From the NCBI GenBank assembly GCA_016794035.1, contig JAEUHS010000058.1, positions 14,854 through 78,853 on the forward strand: a stretch of 64,000 nt of DNA, written 5' to 3'. Of this stretch, positions 9,127 to 17,892 are shown one piece after another (the stretch's first letter is position 1; every line of letters begins with the position of its first letter). The notes beneath the pieces were generated by a model. That model saw only the letters and a program-made list of their open reading frames with translations, did no database searches and had not been told where the DNA came from. The position numbers and the translations under genes are program-made. The DNA comes from Planctomycetota bacterium (lineage in GTDB: Bacteria > Planctomycetota > UBA1135 > UBA2386).

Positions 9127-9593
9127 AGCGGCGGCTGCCGGGCAGCGGCGGCGGCGCGCGCGGCCAGCAGTTCGAAGCCGAGCAGCGGTTCGTCGTCGCG
9201 GTAGAGCTTGACGTAGAGGTCGCCGGGCACCATCGCGCCGCGCACCGCGAACGGGAACACGAAGTCGCCGCCGGTCCAGAACAGCGGCAGCGGCGGCAGC
9301 ACCACGTCGTACGCGCCGTCGATCCACTTCGAGGTGTAGCCCTCGGTGTACTGGTAGAGGCGGCGCACTGCGGGCCGGTGGCCCTCGAGGGTCAGCCGCA
9401 CCAGGTGGTCGCGACCGAAGTTGCCGCCGATCGCCAGGGTCGCGGGCGTGGTGCGGCCGGTGTCCCGCCCGTCGACCTCGATGCGGGCGCCGAGCGGGTC
9501 GCTGGTGATCAGCACCTGCTCGCGGCTGGACCACCAGGTGCAGGCGCCGGCGGCGAGCAGCGGCAGCAAGACGAGCGAACGCATGGTCCGCAT
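9123..9593 (-). CDS. PEGA-domain lipoprotein
   Basis: The start MRTMRSLVLLPLLAAGAC has a signal peptide plus a lipobox-like AGAC. ITSDPLGARIEVDGRDTGRTTPATL is a PEGA motif. The stop overlaps the gmhB start by 4 nt. Confidence 0.7.
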   Translation of the reverse strand: MRTMRSLVLLPLLAAGACTWWSSREQVLITSDPLGARIEVDGRDTGRTTPATLAIGGNFGRDHLVRLTLEGHRPAVRRLYQYTEGYTSKWIDGAYDVVLPPLPLFWTGGDFVFPFAVRGAMVPGDLYVKLYRDDEPLLGFELLAARAAAAARQPPL

Positions 9594-9641
9594 CCTATCG
9601 GCCGTCGTCTGCCCCGTCCTCGCGCCGCGCGTGGATTCGGC

Positions 9642-9955
9642 CAGAACTGATGTCTTGCGTGTGCGCGCTCGGGGCGCGTGCCCTGACATGCATCGGCGGG
9701 GTCGGATTTCACGCAGATTCCTGCCGAATGGCGTGGTTTCGCCGCGGCAGCGGATCGGGTGGATGCTGCGTTCGCTCCAGCCCCGGCGCCAGGCGAGGAC
9801 TGCCGGAGGTGCCAGGGCCCCGGGCAGCCGTCGCAGGCACCACGTCGGACACCGGTGGCGCGCGTCGCGATTGCACCGGCGTCGGGGCTCGGTGTGCCGA
9901 TCCGCGCCACGGTGGTACTCCTGCCGCAGAATGCACACTCAGGCCATCAGTTCTG
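9642..9955. repeat. 23-nt imperfect inverted-repeat pair flanking about 270 bp; possible MITE or closing helix of a structured RNA
   Basis: The left arm 9642-9664 is CAGAACTGATGTCTTGCGTGTGC. The right arm 9933-9955 is GCACACTCAGGCCATCAGTTCTG. 20/23 positions are Watson-Crick complementary, plus one G-T. The outer 11 bp are perfect and unusually AT-rich for this DNA. The flanks ATTCGGC (9635-9641) and AATCGGC (9956-9962) form a 6/7 direct repeat. Confidence 0.3.
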
Positions 9956-10189
9956 AATCGGCCGGCGCCGCCCCGGGCGACGCGCGGCGCCGGGCAGGCT
10001 CCGGCAGCCGCGGTGCGCGGCCCGGCTGGTGCGCCGGCCGGCCGCAGATCCGCCAGCGAACGCTTCGCTGCCGCGGGCCGATCCGGTAGCATCGTGCTTC
10101 TGATGCTGGCGCCGCGGCGGGTCGGTCACCCGCCGGTCCTCGATGGGCGCAGGCGTTCGCTGGAGCCCGGTCGGCTCCCTGGAGGATCG

Positions 10190-11392
10190 ATGGTCATTCG
10201 TGCAATCGTGGGTGGCGGTGCCGCAGGCCGGTGCCGTCGCAGTTCGTCCCTGTCGTTCGTGCTGGCGCTGTCGTTGCTCGTGGGCGCGACGGCGACCGCC
10301 CAGGAAGCTGGCGGCGAGGTTCCGCCCGGCGACACGCCGCCGGCGCCGGTCGTCGAGGCGCAGGCTCCCGCCGCCGCCGCGCAGCAGCTCGGGCGCGTGG
10401 TCGCCGACAAGGTCAGCCTGCGCTGCTGGCCGTCGACCGCCGCGGTGCCGCCGGTGTTCGAGGACGTGTTGGTCAAGGATCAGGTCGTGGCGCTCGGCCG
10501 CAGCGAGAACGGCTTCCGCCAGGTGCTGCCGCCGCTGGGTCCGATCGGCTACGTCAGCCGGAAGTTCGCCGAGGCCGACGCCGACGGCCGGGTCAAGACC
10601 AAGGGCACCAAGGTCGCGTTCCGCTACCGGCCGCGCAGCAGCGAGGCGCCGGTGACGTTGCTCGAGGACGCGACCGAGCTGCACGTGATCGAGGAGCAGG
10701 CGGATTGGTACCGCTGCCGCGTGCCGACGATCGAGGCGTGGGTCGCCGAGAACGAGGTGCAGGTCGGTGACGCCGCCGACGCGGCGCTGATCGCGGGCTA
10801 CGCCGCGTGGCAGCAGCAGCAGCAGGCCGAGATCGCGACGCGGCTCGAGGGCATCGCCGCGGCGAAGCGGCTCGCGGCGCAGAACGAACTCGACCTGCAG
10901 CAGGTCCGGGTGATCGAGCAGGCATTCGCGCAGGAGCTGACCAAGACCGTGACCGAGCAGTCGTTCGATCCGCTCGACCAGGCGCTCGACAAGCTGACGG
11001 CGACGCTGTCGCCGGAGTCGGCGGCGCAGAGCGCCGTGCAGGGACTGAGAAAGCGCATCGAAACGCAGCGCTGGATCGCCGAGGCGACCGCGGTGCGCGA
11101 CAGCAAGCCGGCGACGGTGCCGCCGCCGCCGCCGGAGCCGAAGGACGAGCTCGCGCGCTTCCAGTCGATCGGCTGGCTGCGCTACGAACGGCGCCTCGGC
11201 GGGCCCGGCATCTACTACCTCGAGAAGGGCGGTCGCCGGCAGTGCCTGGTGTCGTGCAACACCGGCCGCTACGACCTGTCGCTGTTCGTCGACCGGGAGA
11301 TCGGCCTCAGCGGCCCGCGCCGGCACCCGGCGACCGAGACGCTGAGCGTGCTCGACGCCGAGCGCCTCGAGGTGCTCGGCTCGCCGCGCTAG
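10190..11392 (+). CDS. Secreted protein with SH3-like N-terminal domains and a coiled-coil middle region
   Basis: The ATG at 10190 is preceded by GGAGGA. The signal-like N-terminus is LSFVLALSLLVGATATAQE. The repeats VSLRCWPS...VKDQVVALGRSENGFRQV and VAFRYRP...LHVIEEQADWYRCRV resemble bacterial SH3 domains. The upstream 180 codons of track ORF 9650..11392 look non-coding. Confidence 0.6.
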   Translation: MVIRAIVGGGAAGRCRRSSSLSFVLALSLLVGATATAQEAGGEVPPGDTPPAPVVEAQAPAAAAQQLGRVVADKVSLRCWPSTAAVPPVFEDVLVKDQVVALGRSENGFRQVLPPLGPIGYVSRKFAEADADGRVKTKGTKVAFRYRPRSSEAPVTLLEDATELHVIEEQADWYRCRVPTIEAWVAENEVQVGDAADAALIAGYAAWQQQQQAEIATRLEGIAAAKRLAAQNELDLQQVRVIEQAFAQELTKTVTEQSFDPLDQALDKLTATLSPESAAQSAVQGLRKRIETQRWIAEATAVRDSKPATVPPPPPEPKDELARFQSIGWLRYERRLGGPGIYYLEKGGRRQCLVSCNTGRYDLSLFVDREIGLSGPRRHPATETLSVLDAERLEVLGSPR

Positions 11393-11649
11393 TCCGGACG
11401 ATGCACGCGCAGCCGGCGGCGGGACCCGCTCGGCCGCACGCTGCCGGCGTTGCGCGGCGGAACCCGTGCTCAGCGGGGCAGGCGCCGCGCTTGCCGGAGA
11501 ACCTGCCGCGCGCCTGGTCCCCAGGCGGGAGCGCGGGCACTCCCTCGTGACCGCAGGAGTCGTCCCGGCTGGGCCGGCGCGCCGGGTGACGCCGATGCGG
11601 TCGGCGCTTCCGTCGCCGGCGCAGGCGGGGCGCAGCCGCGCGCGCGCGA

Positions 11650-13233
11650 ATGCCGAAGAAGCGACGGTCGCGCGTGAACCCGTTGCCTCTCCACCTGCCG
11701 CCCCGCCGCCGGGCGTCCGCCGTCGCGGCGCTGCTGTTCGGCGCCCTGGTCACCGCCCAGGCGCCGGCTCCGGGCGGCGGCGGGCCGACGGCGTCGTCGT
11801 GGTGCCAGCAGGGCGACGCGCTGCTCGACCACGAGGATCCGGTCGGGGCCTGGCGGGCGTTCCGCCGCGCGATCGAGCACGACGCCGAGCCGCAGCCGGC
11901 GCAGATCGGGCTCGGGCGCGCGCACCTGATGCTCGGCAACAGCGTGTTCGCCTGCTCGTATGCCGAGGCGGCGCTGCAGGCGCTGCCGTCGAGCCAGCAG
12001 GGCATGGCGCTGTGCGTGCGGGCGCTGATCCGGGCGCGCGCGTTCGACGAGGCGGTGACGCGTGCGACCTCGTTCGTGCGGCGCACGCTCGACCCCGAGC
12101 CCGAACTGCTGGCGGCGCGCGCGTCGGCGCTGTTCCGCGTGCAGCGCATCGACGAGGCGGCGGCCGGCTACCGCGACGTGATCGCGCTCGACCCCTTGCA
12201 TGCCGAGGGCCACCTGCGGCTCGGCTCCGGCCTGCTGCCGCCGGTGGTGGCGACGATCACGGCCGATCTGCGCGCCGCCGCCGACGCCGCGGCCGCCGGT
12301 GACCTCGAACGCGCGATCTCGCTGCTGCGCCGCGTGCTGACCCGCGAGCCGGGGCACCCGATCGCGCACCGCCTGCTCGGCGAGGCGCTGCTGGCCGAGC
12401 GCACCGCGAACAGCATGGCGGCGGAGGAACCCGCGTTCCGCGAGCTGGCGGCCGCGCTGCCGGTGCCCGACGTGCGCTCGCTGCCGGTCGGGCAGTTCGT
12501 GCGCGGCTACGAACGCCTGTCGCCGGCGCGCCGGCTCGTCGTCGACCGCACCGCGGCCCTGTTCGCGACGCAGTTGCCGCGCCTGATCGCGGTTGGCGGC
12601 AGCCACGACCTGCTGCTCGAGCTGGAGCGCACGACCGACGCCGAGGCGCGCGCTGCCCTGCGCGGGCGGCGCACGTTCGACGGACGGGTCTGGGACGACG
12701 TGCGCGGCGTCGGCGGCATCCAGGCGGCGACCGGCATCGAGGCGCTCGACGACGTCACCAGCTTCGGCTTCGACACGCTGGCGCACGAGGTCGCGCACCA
12801 GGTGCATCTGCACGCGTTCACGCGCGCGCAGCGGCTGCGCATCCGCACGCTCTACCAGCAGGCGCTCGCCGACGGCAGGTGCCTCGACTACTACGCGGCC
12901 AGCAACGAGGCCGAGTACTTCGGCCAGGGCATCGAGGCGTTCGTCAGCCTCGGCAAGCGCCCTGGCGGCGAGACGACGCACGGGCACACGCGCTTCGAGC
13001 TCTACGCGGTCGATCGCGACCTGCACGACTTCATCGCCTCGGTCGTCGACCACGATCCGCTGCGCGAGCCGGCGGTGCGCGAACGCCTGCTGACCGCCGC
13101 CGTCGCGGTGGCGATCCGCTGCGGCCGCCCGGCCGAGGCCATCACCGCCGCATCGATGCTGCCGCCGGGCGAACGACGCGACCGGCTGCTGGCGACTTCC
13201 CGCCGGGCCGCGGCGGACGCGCGTTGCCACTGA
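11650..13233 (+). CDS. Secreted TPR-repeat protein with a C-terminal HExxH zinc-metallopeptidase-like domain (MtfA/M90-like)
   Basis: 527 aa. It has an N-terminal signal-like segment and TPR-like helices (WRAFRRAIEHD..., AAAGYRDVIALDPLHAEGHLRLG). The C-terminal part LAHEVAHQVH ... DYYAASNEAEYFGQGIEAFV resembles the HExxH plus downstream Glu arrangement of MtfA-type peptidases. Confidence 0.65.
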   Translation: MPKKRRSRVNPLPLHLPPRRRASAVAALLFGALVTAQAPAPGGGGPTASSWCQQGDALLDHEDPVGAWRAFRRAIEHDAEPQPAQIGLGRAHLMLGNSVFACSYAEAALQALPSSQQGMALCVRALIRARAFDEAVTRATSFVRRTLDPEPELLAARASALFRVQRIDEAAAGYRDVIALDPLHAEGHLRLGSGLLPPVVATITADLRAAADAAAAGDLERAISLLRRVLTREPGHPIAHRLLGEALLAERTANSMAAEEPAFRELAAALPVPDVRSLPVGQFVRGYERLSPARRLVVDRTAALFATQLPRLIAVGGSHDLLLELERTTDAEARAALRGRRTFDGRVWDDVRGVGGIQAATGIEALDDVTSFGFDTLAHEVAHQVHLHAFTRAQRLRIRTLYQQALADGRCLDYYAASNEAEYFGQGIEAFVSLGKRPGGETTHGHTRFELYAVDRDLHDFIASVVDHDPLREPAVRERLLTAAVAVAIRCGRPAEAITAASMLPPGERRDRLLATSRRAAADARCH

Positions 13234-13251
13234 GGACCGGGCGGGACGCGA

Positions 13252-13646
13252 TCAGCGCAGGTGGGCCAGCAGCGCCGACGCGAAAGCCAGCACGGTCAAG
13301 AAGCCGCACCTGTCGGTGACGGTCGTCAGGATCGGGCCAGACGCGAGCGCCGGGTCCCGGCCGAGCCGTTTGAGCAGCAGCGGCACGAGGCCGCCGATCG
13401 ACACGGCGACCAGGGTGCCGCCTCGGGCATCTGCTCGACCAGGTCGGCGGCGTCGTCGGGCTGCAGCAGCGTGAACAGGCGGGTCTGCCGGTCCTCGGGC
13501 AGGCGCGAGATCGCCAGCACCGCGTCGCCGCCGCGCAGCGTCGTCAGGAAGTCGCGCAGTTGTTCGGTTCGGCCGTCGGCGAGCAGCTGCTCGAGCACCT
13601 CCCAGGGTGTGCGGTCGCTCGGGGCGGCGTCGAGTGGCGGCTGCAT
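13252..13646 (-). pseudogene. mgtE: mgtE (Mg2+ transporter) remnant with an internal deletion and frameshift
   Basis: Frame A from the ATG at 13646 reads MQPPLDAAPSDRTPWEVLEQLLADGRTEQLRDFLTTLRGGDAVLAISRLPEDRQTRLFTLLQPDDAADLVEQMPEA, which is MgtE N-domain-like. From about 13416 a different frame reads TLVAVSIGGLVPLLLKRLGRDPALASGPILTTVTDRCGFLTVLAFASALLAHLR, the MgtE C-terminal TM hairpin with the DPA.ASGP..TT.TD motif. The roughly 320 codons of CBS and TM core that normally lie between are absent. Confidence 0.6.
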
Positions 13647-13745
13647 CCGCCTCGGTAGGCACGGCGGCCGCGAGTCACCAGTCGAGCCTGGCGATGGTGT
13701 GCGACCGCCGATTTGTCTGCCACCGTTCGGCCGTTCGGGACACTG

Positions 13746-14447
13746 ATGCAGCGCATGGACGATGTCGAGGTCGGGCAACGGGCGGTGCGGCACGGGCCGC
13801 GCGAACGCATGCTGCAGCTCGGGGAGCCGCGGCTCAGCGACGCCGAGTGCGTGGCGCTGATCCTGCGCACCGGTGCGCCGGGCGAGCCGGCGGAGCAGGT
13901 GGCGCAGCGGCTGCTGCGGCGGTTTGGCGGTCTGCCGGGGCTCGCGGTGGCGAGCCTGCGCGAGCTGGCCGCGGAACGCGGCCTCGGGCCGGCGCGCGCG
14001 GCGGCGCTCGGCGCGGCGTTCGGTCTGGCGCGGCGGCTCGGCGAGGCGGCGCTGCGGCCGGGCACGGTCGTGCGGCACGGCGGCGACGTCGCGCGGGTGG
14101 TGCGGGACTCGGCGCGCGGCACCCGGCGCGAGAGCTTCTTCGCCGTGCTGCTCGACGCGCGGCATCGTGTGCTCGCCGTGCACGTGGTCAGCACCGGCAG
14201 CATCGATGCGGCGCCGGTGCACCCGCGCGAGGTGTTCTCGCCGGCGATCCGCGATGGGGCGGCCGCGGTGGTCGTCGCCCACAACCATCCGTCCGGCGAC
14301 CCGGCGCCGAGCGCCGAGGACCGGCTGGTCACCGATCGCCTGCGCGACGTCGGTCGGCTGGTCGGTATCGAGCTGTTCGACCACCTCGTCGTCGGCGCCG
14401 AGCGCTACTACAGTTTCGCCGACGAGGCCTTCTTCCCGTTCCCGTGA
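13746..14447 (+). CDS. radC: RadC-family JAB-domain protein
   Basis: Motifs are RPRERMLQLGEPRLSDAECVALILRTG, the HhH-like LRELAAERGLGPARAAAL, and the JAMM motif VVVAHNHPSGDPAPSAEDRLVT. The track start at 13713 is a TTG; I prefer the ATG at 13746 (or 13755). Confidence 0.8.
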   Translation: MQRMDDVEVGQRAVRHGPRERMLQLGEPRLSDAECVALILRTGAPGEPAEQVAQRLLRRFGGLPGLAVASLRELAAERGLGPARAAALGAAFGLARRLGEAALRPGTVVRHGGDVARVVRDSARGTRRESFFAVLLDARHRVLAVHVVSTGSIDAAPVHPREVFSPAIRDGAAAVVVAHNHPSGDPAPSAEDRLVTDRLRDVGRLVGIELFDHLVVGAERYYSFADEAFFPFP

Positions 14448-14528
14448 ACGGTCGCGGTGTTTTCGCGCGATTCCGCCGGATGTCGGCGGGCGGCCGGTTC
14501 TCTCGTGGGACGCAACCGAACGCACCCC

Positions 14529-16928
14529 ATGCAACGCCTGTCCCGAGACCAGTTCGAAGCGCTCGTGCGCGACCACCACGCCGCCGTGCACCGCAGCGCC
14601 GCGCGCTGGGTCGGCGGCGAGACGGCCACCGACGTCACCCAGGACGTCTTCGTGCGCGTGCTCGAGGGCAAGCTGCGGCTGTCCGCCGCCCACAGCGTGC
14701 GGGCGACCCTGTGCTGGCTGGCGACGCGGCTCGCCGCCAACCACAAGCGTTCGCGCTTGCGTCGCACCCACCACGAGGAGAACGCGATGCAGACCGACCC
14801 GACGACCCGTTCCGAACCGACCGATCCCGCGCAGCTCGCCGCCGACGCCGACCTGCACCGCAGCGTCGTCGCGGCCATGGAGTCGCTGCCCGAGGCGCTG
14901 CGCCTGCCGTTGCAGCTGCACTGCCAGGACGAGCTCACGCTGGCCGAGGTCGGTGCCGCGCTGCGCGTGCCGACGTCCACCGCGCACGATCGCGTCCAGC
15001 AGGCGCTGCAGCGGCTGCGCCAGGCGCTGACCGGGCACGGCTTCGCGCTGGCGCTCGGCCGGCTGCCGGAGCTGGTGGCCCGCGTCGAACCGTCGTCGCC
15101 GCTGGGGCTGCAGCAGCGGCTGCTGGCGCTCGGAGAGACGGCGGCCGTGGGCGGCACGGCGTTCGGCGCGCGGCTGGCGCTCGGCGCGGCGGCCGCGGTG
15201 GCGACGGTCGCCGTCGCGGTGCTGGCGTGGTGGCTGCCGCGCGCCGATCCGGCACCGGCGCGCGCCGGCGTCGCCGTGATCGGCGCGCCGGCGGCTGGCG
15301 GCCTCGACGCGGATCGCACGGCGGCGGACACGGACCGCGTCGAGCTCCGCGCGCCCGGGGCGGCGCCGCCGCGCGGCGAGGAGCCTGGTCGGCAGGGCCA
15401 GGGCGAGGTCCGCGTGCGCACCACGTCGGTGTTCCACGGCACCGTGATGGACGCCGGCGCCTGGCCGGTCGCCGGCGCGACGGTGCAGGCCGTCGCCGCC
15501 GGCGGCCTGAAGCCGTTCGAGCTCGCGCACGCGACGATCGACGCGCAGGGGGCGTTCCGGCTCGAGGTCGGGCCCCACACCCTGTATCCCGACGCCGTCC
15601 GCCTGCGCGTGGTCGAAACGGGGCGCCTGCTGCTGGAGACCGACGAACTGGCGCTGCCGCGGGAGGCCGATGCCGCGCCGCTGGCCCTGGTGCTGCCCGC
15701 CGCGGCCGGCACCGCGCTGTCGCGCTACGAGCTGGCGGTCGTGGTGGTCGGGCCGGACGGACTGCCGTTGCCCGGGGTGCCGGTCGCAGCGATGGCCGAC
15801 GCAACGCCGGCGCCACGCCCGGAGCAGGGGGCGATCGAAGCCAGCGGCACCACCGGGGGCGACGGCATCGCGGTCCTGCGCGGCCGGTCGCTGGGTGCGA
15901 AGCGCCTGTTCGTGGACGGCCGGCCGGCCGGTCTCGCGTCGCAGTCCGTCGCGCTGGAGCTCGACCGGGCCGGCGCGCACCGGTGCCAGGTCCAGCTGGC
16001 GACCGGCGGGCGCGTCGCGGTCCACGTCGGCACCGTCGACGGCCAACCCATCGAGTGGGCCAACGTCTGGCTCGAGCATCCGGTCGACGGATGGACGTAC
16101 ACCGGCGATCTCGGCGCCGATGGGCGCGTCGAGTTCACCGGTCTGGGCGGCGGCGACCATACGCTGCACGTCGACGCGGGGGCGGACCTCTCCCCGGCCA
16201 CACGAACGGGTCTGCGCGCGAACGGTCCCGCGGTCGACGTGCGGCTGAAGCGCCGTTCCGACCCGCGGGACGTGGGCGACCACCTGGCGGAGTTGCACGG
16301 CGAACTGGTCGACGCCGAGACCGGCGAGGTGGTCGAGTTCGGCGCGTTCGCGATCGACGTGCTGCCGGTGCGCGACGGGGTCTCGACGCTGCCGAGCGAT
16401 CGTGTGCTGCCGCGCGCGCCCGCACAGCAGCTGGACGGCGGCGGCCGGTTCGTCGCGTTCCACGAGGTCGGGCTGGACGCCGGCCGCTGGGCGTTGGTCG
16501 CCGAGGTGCCCGGCTACGCGCCGGCGGTCGTCGAGTTCGCGTTGCGCGACGGGGAGATGCGCACCGGCCTGCGCGTGCCGCTGCTGCGCGGCGGCGAGCT
16601 GCGCGGCCGCGTGCTCGATGATGCCGGGCAGCCGGTGGCGGGCGCGCGGGTGTTCCCGCTCGGCACCGGCGAACTCGCCGATCGTTGCCTCGCGGGCTGG
16701 CGGGCGCTGTCGGCCGGCGCCGCGGACCGGTCGCCCGATCCCTCCCTCGTGTGCGCGGTGGCCTACACCGACGAGACCGGTGGCTTCGAGCTGCCGCGCG
16801 TTCCGCCCGGGATCGAGCTCCGTCTGGTGGCACACCAGCGCGCTGCGGGCGCCGGCGCAACCGCGCCGCTGGTCGTGCGCGCGGGCGAGCTGCAGACGGG
16901 CCTGGAGATCCGGCTGGGCCGTCGGTGA
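14529..16928 (+). CDS. ECF sigma-70 domain fused to a TM helix and a roughly 560-aa extracytoplasmic region of CarboxypepD_reg-like beta-sandwich repeats
   Basis: 799 aa. Residues 1-167 hold sigma regions 2 and 4 (TDVTQDVFVRVL...; LPEALRLPLQLHCQDELTLAEVGAALRVPTSTAHDRVQQALQRLR). The TM segment is at about aa 213-236 (ARLALGAAAAVATVAVAVLAWWL). Repeated segments of the type FHGTVMDAGAWPVAGATVQAV and LRGRVLDDAGQPVAGARVFPL follow. Confidence 0.7.
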   Translation: MQRLSRDQFEALVRDHHAAVHRSAARWVGGETATDVTQDVFVRVLEGKLRLSAAHSVRATLCWLATRLAANHKRSRLRRTHHEENAMQTDPTTRSEPTDPAQLAADADLHRSVVAAMESLPEALRLPLQLHCQDELTLAEVGAALRVPTSTAHDRVQQALQRLRQALTGHGFALALGRLPELVARVEPSSPLGLQQRLLALGETAAVGGTAFGARLALGAAAAVATVAVAVLAWWLPRADPAPARAGVAVIGAPAAGGLDADRTAADTDRVELRAPGAAPPRGEEPGRQGQGEVRVRTTSVFHGTVMDAGAWPVAGATVQAVAAGGLKPFELAHATIDAQGAFRLEVGPHTLYPDAVRLRVVETGRLLLETDELALPREADAAPLALVLPAAAGTALSRYELAVVVVGPDGLPLPGVPVAAMADATPAPRPEQGAIEASGTTGGDGIAVLRGRSLGAKRLFVDGRPAGLASQSVALELDRAGAHRCQVQLATGGRVAVHVGTVDGQPIEWANVWLEHPVDGWTYTGDLGADGRVEFTGLGGGDHTLHVDAGADLSPATRTGLRANGPAVDVRLKRRSDPRDVGDHLAELHGELVDAETGEVVEFGAFAIDVLPVRDGVSTLPSDRVLPRAPAQQLDGGGRFVAFHEVGLDAGRWALVAEVPGYAPAVVEFALRDGEMRTGLRVPLLRGGELRGRVLDDAGQPVAGARVFPLGTGELADRCLAGWRALSAGAADRSPDPSLVCAVAYTDETGGFELPRVPPGIELRLVAHQRAAGAGATAPLVVRAGELQTGLEIRLGRR

Positions 16929-16932
16929 CCGC

Positions 16933-17892
16933 TCAGCGGCGATCGATCCGCGCCTCGACGATCGCCAGCAGGTAATCGCCGTCGACCTTCTGCGTCGCCA
17001 GTACGACCAGGTCGCCGGCCGCCACGCGCGTCGTCTGCCGGAAGTGCACGCCGGTCGTGCGCGGCAGCTGGATCGTCACCGGTGTGCCAGTGCCGATGTC
17101 GGCCTGGAACTCCTGGATCGGCCGCTGCAGCTGCTGCGACTGCACGTCGCAGCACATGCCGATCAGGCCATCGTCCAGCACCATGGCGCAGAACTCGACC
17201 ATGATGCCATCCCAGACGACGCCGACGATCGGGTCGGCGATCAGCTGGTCGCCGTGGCGTGTCAGGGTGTAGTCCTGCACGTAGCCGGTCTGTGTCTGCA
17301 TCGACATCGTGGCGCGCTGCAGCGGCGCCACCGTCAGCCTCGGTGCGTCGATGGTCTCGCCGCCGGCGACGACATGCCGCAGCCCCTCCGCCCGCGCCGC
17401 CGGGATCACCGCGTCGAACACGCCTTCGGCACCGGCCCTGGCGCTCAACATCGGCTTGACGCGCTGCTCGAACACGCTCGCCTGCATGCCGACGATCCGC
17501 ACGGTCGTCGTCACCAGCAGATCGCGCCGGGCGACCGCGTTCGCCATCAGTCGCTCGAGGCTCGCCACCTGCGCCGGGTTGCCCAGCAGCGTCAGCCAGC
17601 GGCCACCGAGCACCTGCAGGTCGTCGCCGGGCCCGAGCGCCGGGGTGACGAACGGCCGCAGGAACTCGGCGAGGTACTGGTGGTCACCCGCGACCGATGG
17701 CGCGCCGGCAGCCGCGGCGCCGGCGGCGTCTGCGGCCGGTTGCTCCGGCGCGTCGTCCTCGAGCCACGGAGCCTGGGTCGTCTGCAGGTCGAACACCTGC
17801 AGGATCCGTCCCTTGCCGTCCGGCACCGGCATGTTCTGCGCGGCGACGAACGAGGTGGCGAGCAGAAGGGGCAGCAGGCAGCGAGGCGTCAT
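16933..17892 (-). CDS. Secreted hypothetical protein (third gene of the ECF sigma / anti-sigma operon)
   Basis: The start MTPRCLLPLLLATSFVAAQN is a signal peptide. The ATGA overlaps the upstream stop. I recognise no family. The upstream 114 codons of track ORF 16933..18234 are a shadow. Confidence 0.55.
   Translation of the reverse strand: MTPRCLLPLLLATSFVAAQNMPVPDGKGRILQVFDLQTTQAPWLEDDAPEQPAADAAGAAAAGAPSVAGDHQYLAEFLRPFVTPALGPGDDLQVLGGRWLTLLGNPAQVASLERLMANAVARRDLLVTTTVRIVGMQASVFEQRVKPMLSARAGAEGVFDAVIPAARAEGLRHVVAGGETIDAPRLTVAPLQRATMSMQTQTGYVQDYTLTRHGDQLIADPIVGVVWDGIMVEFCAMVLDDGLIGMCCDVQSQQLQRPIQEFQADIGTGTPVTIQLPRTTGVHFRQTTRVAAGDLVVLATQKVDGDYLLAIVEARIDRR

Noticed and set aside
10088-10107. 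A short hairpin, AGCATC-N8-GATGCT, about 85 nt upstream of the SH3-like gene.
   Set aside because: A 6-bp stem is within chance expectation for this length of intergenic DNA, and I recognise no motif in it.
13326-16835. An 1169-aa minus-strand ORF and the overlapping 1004-aa plus-strand ORF 13607..16621.
   Set aside because: Both are shadow frames of radC and the ECF-fusion gene. Only the last roughly 100 codons of the minus ORF (the mgtE N-domain remnant) carry any recognisable sequence.
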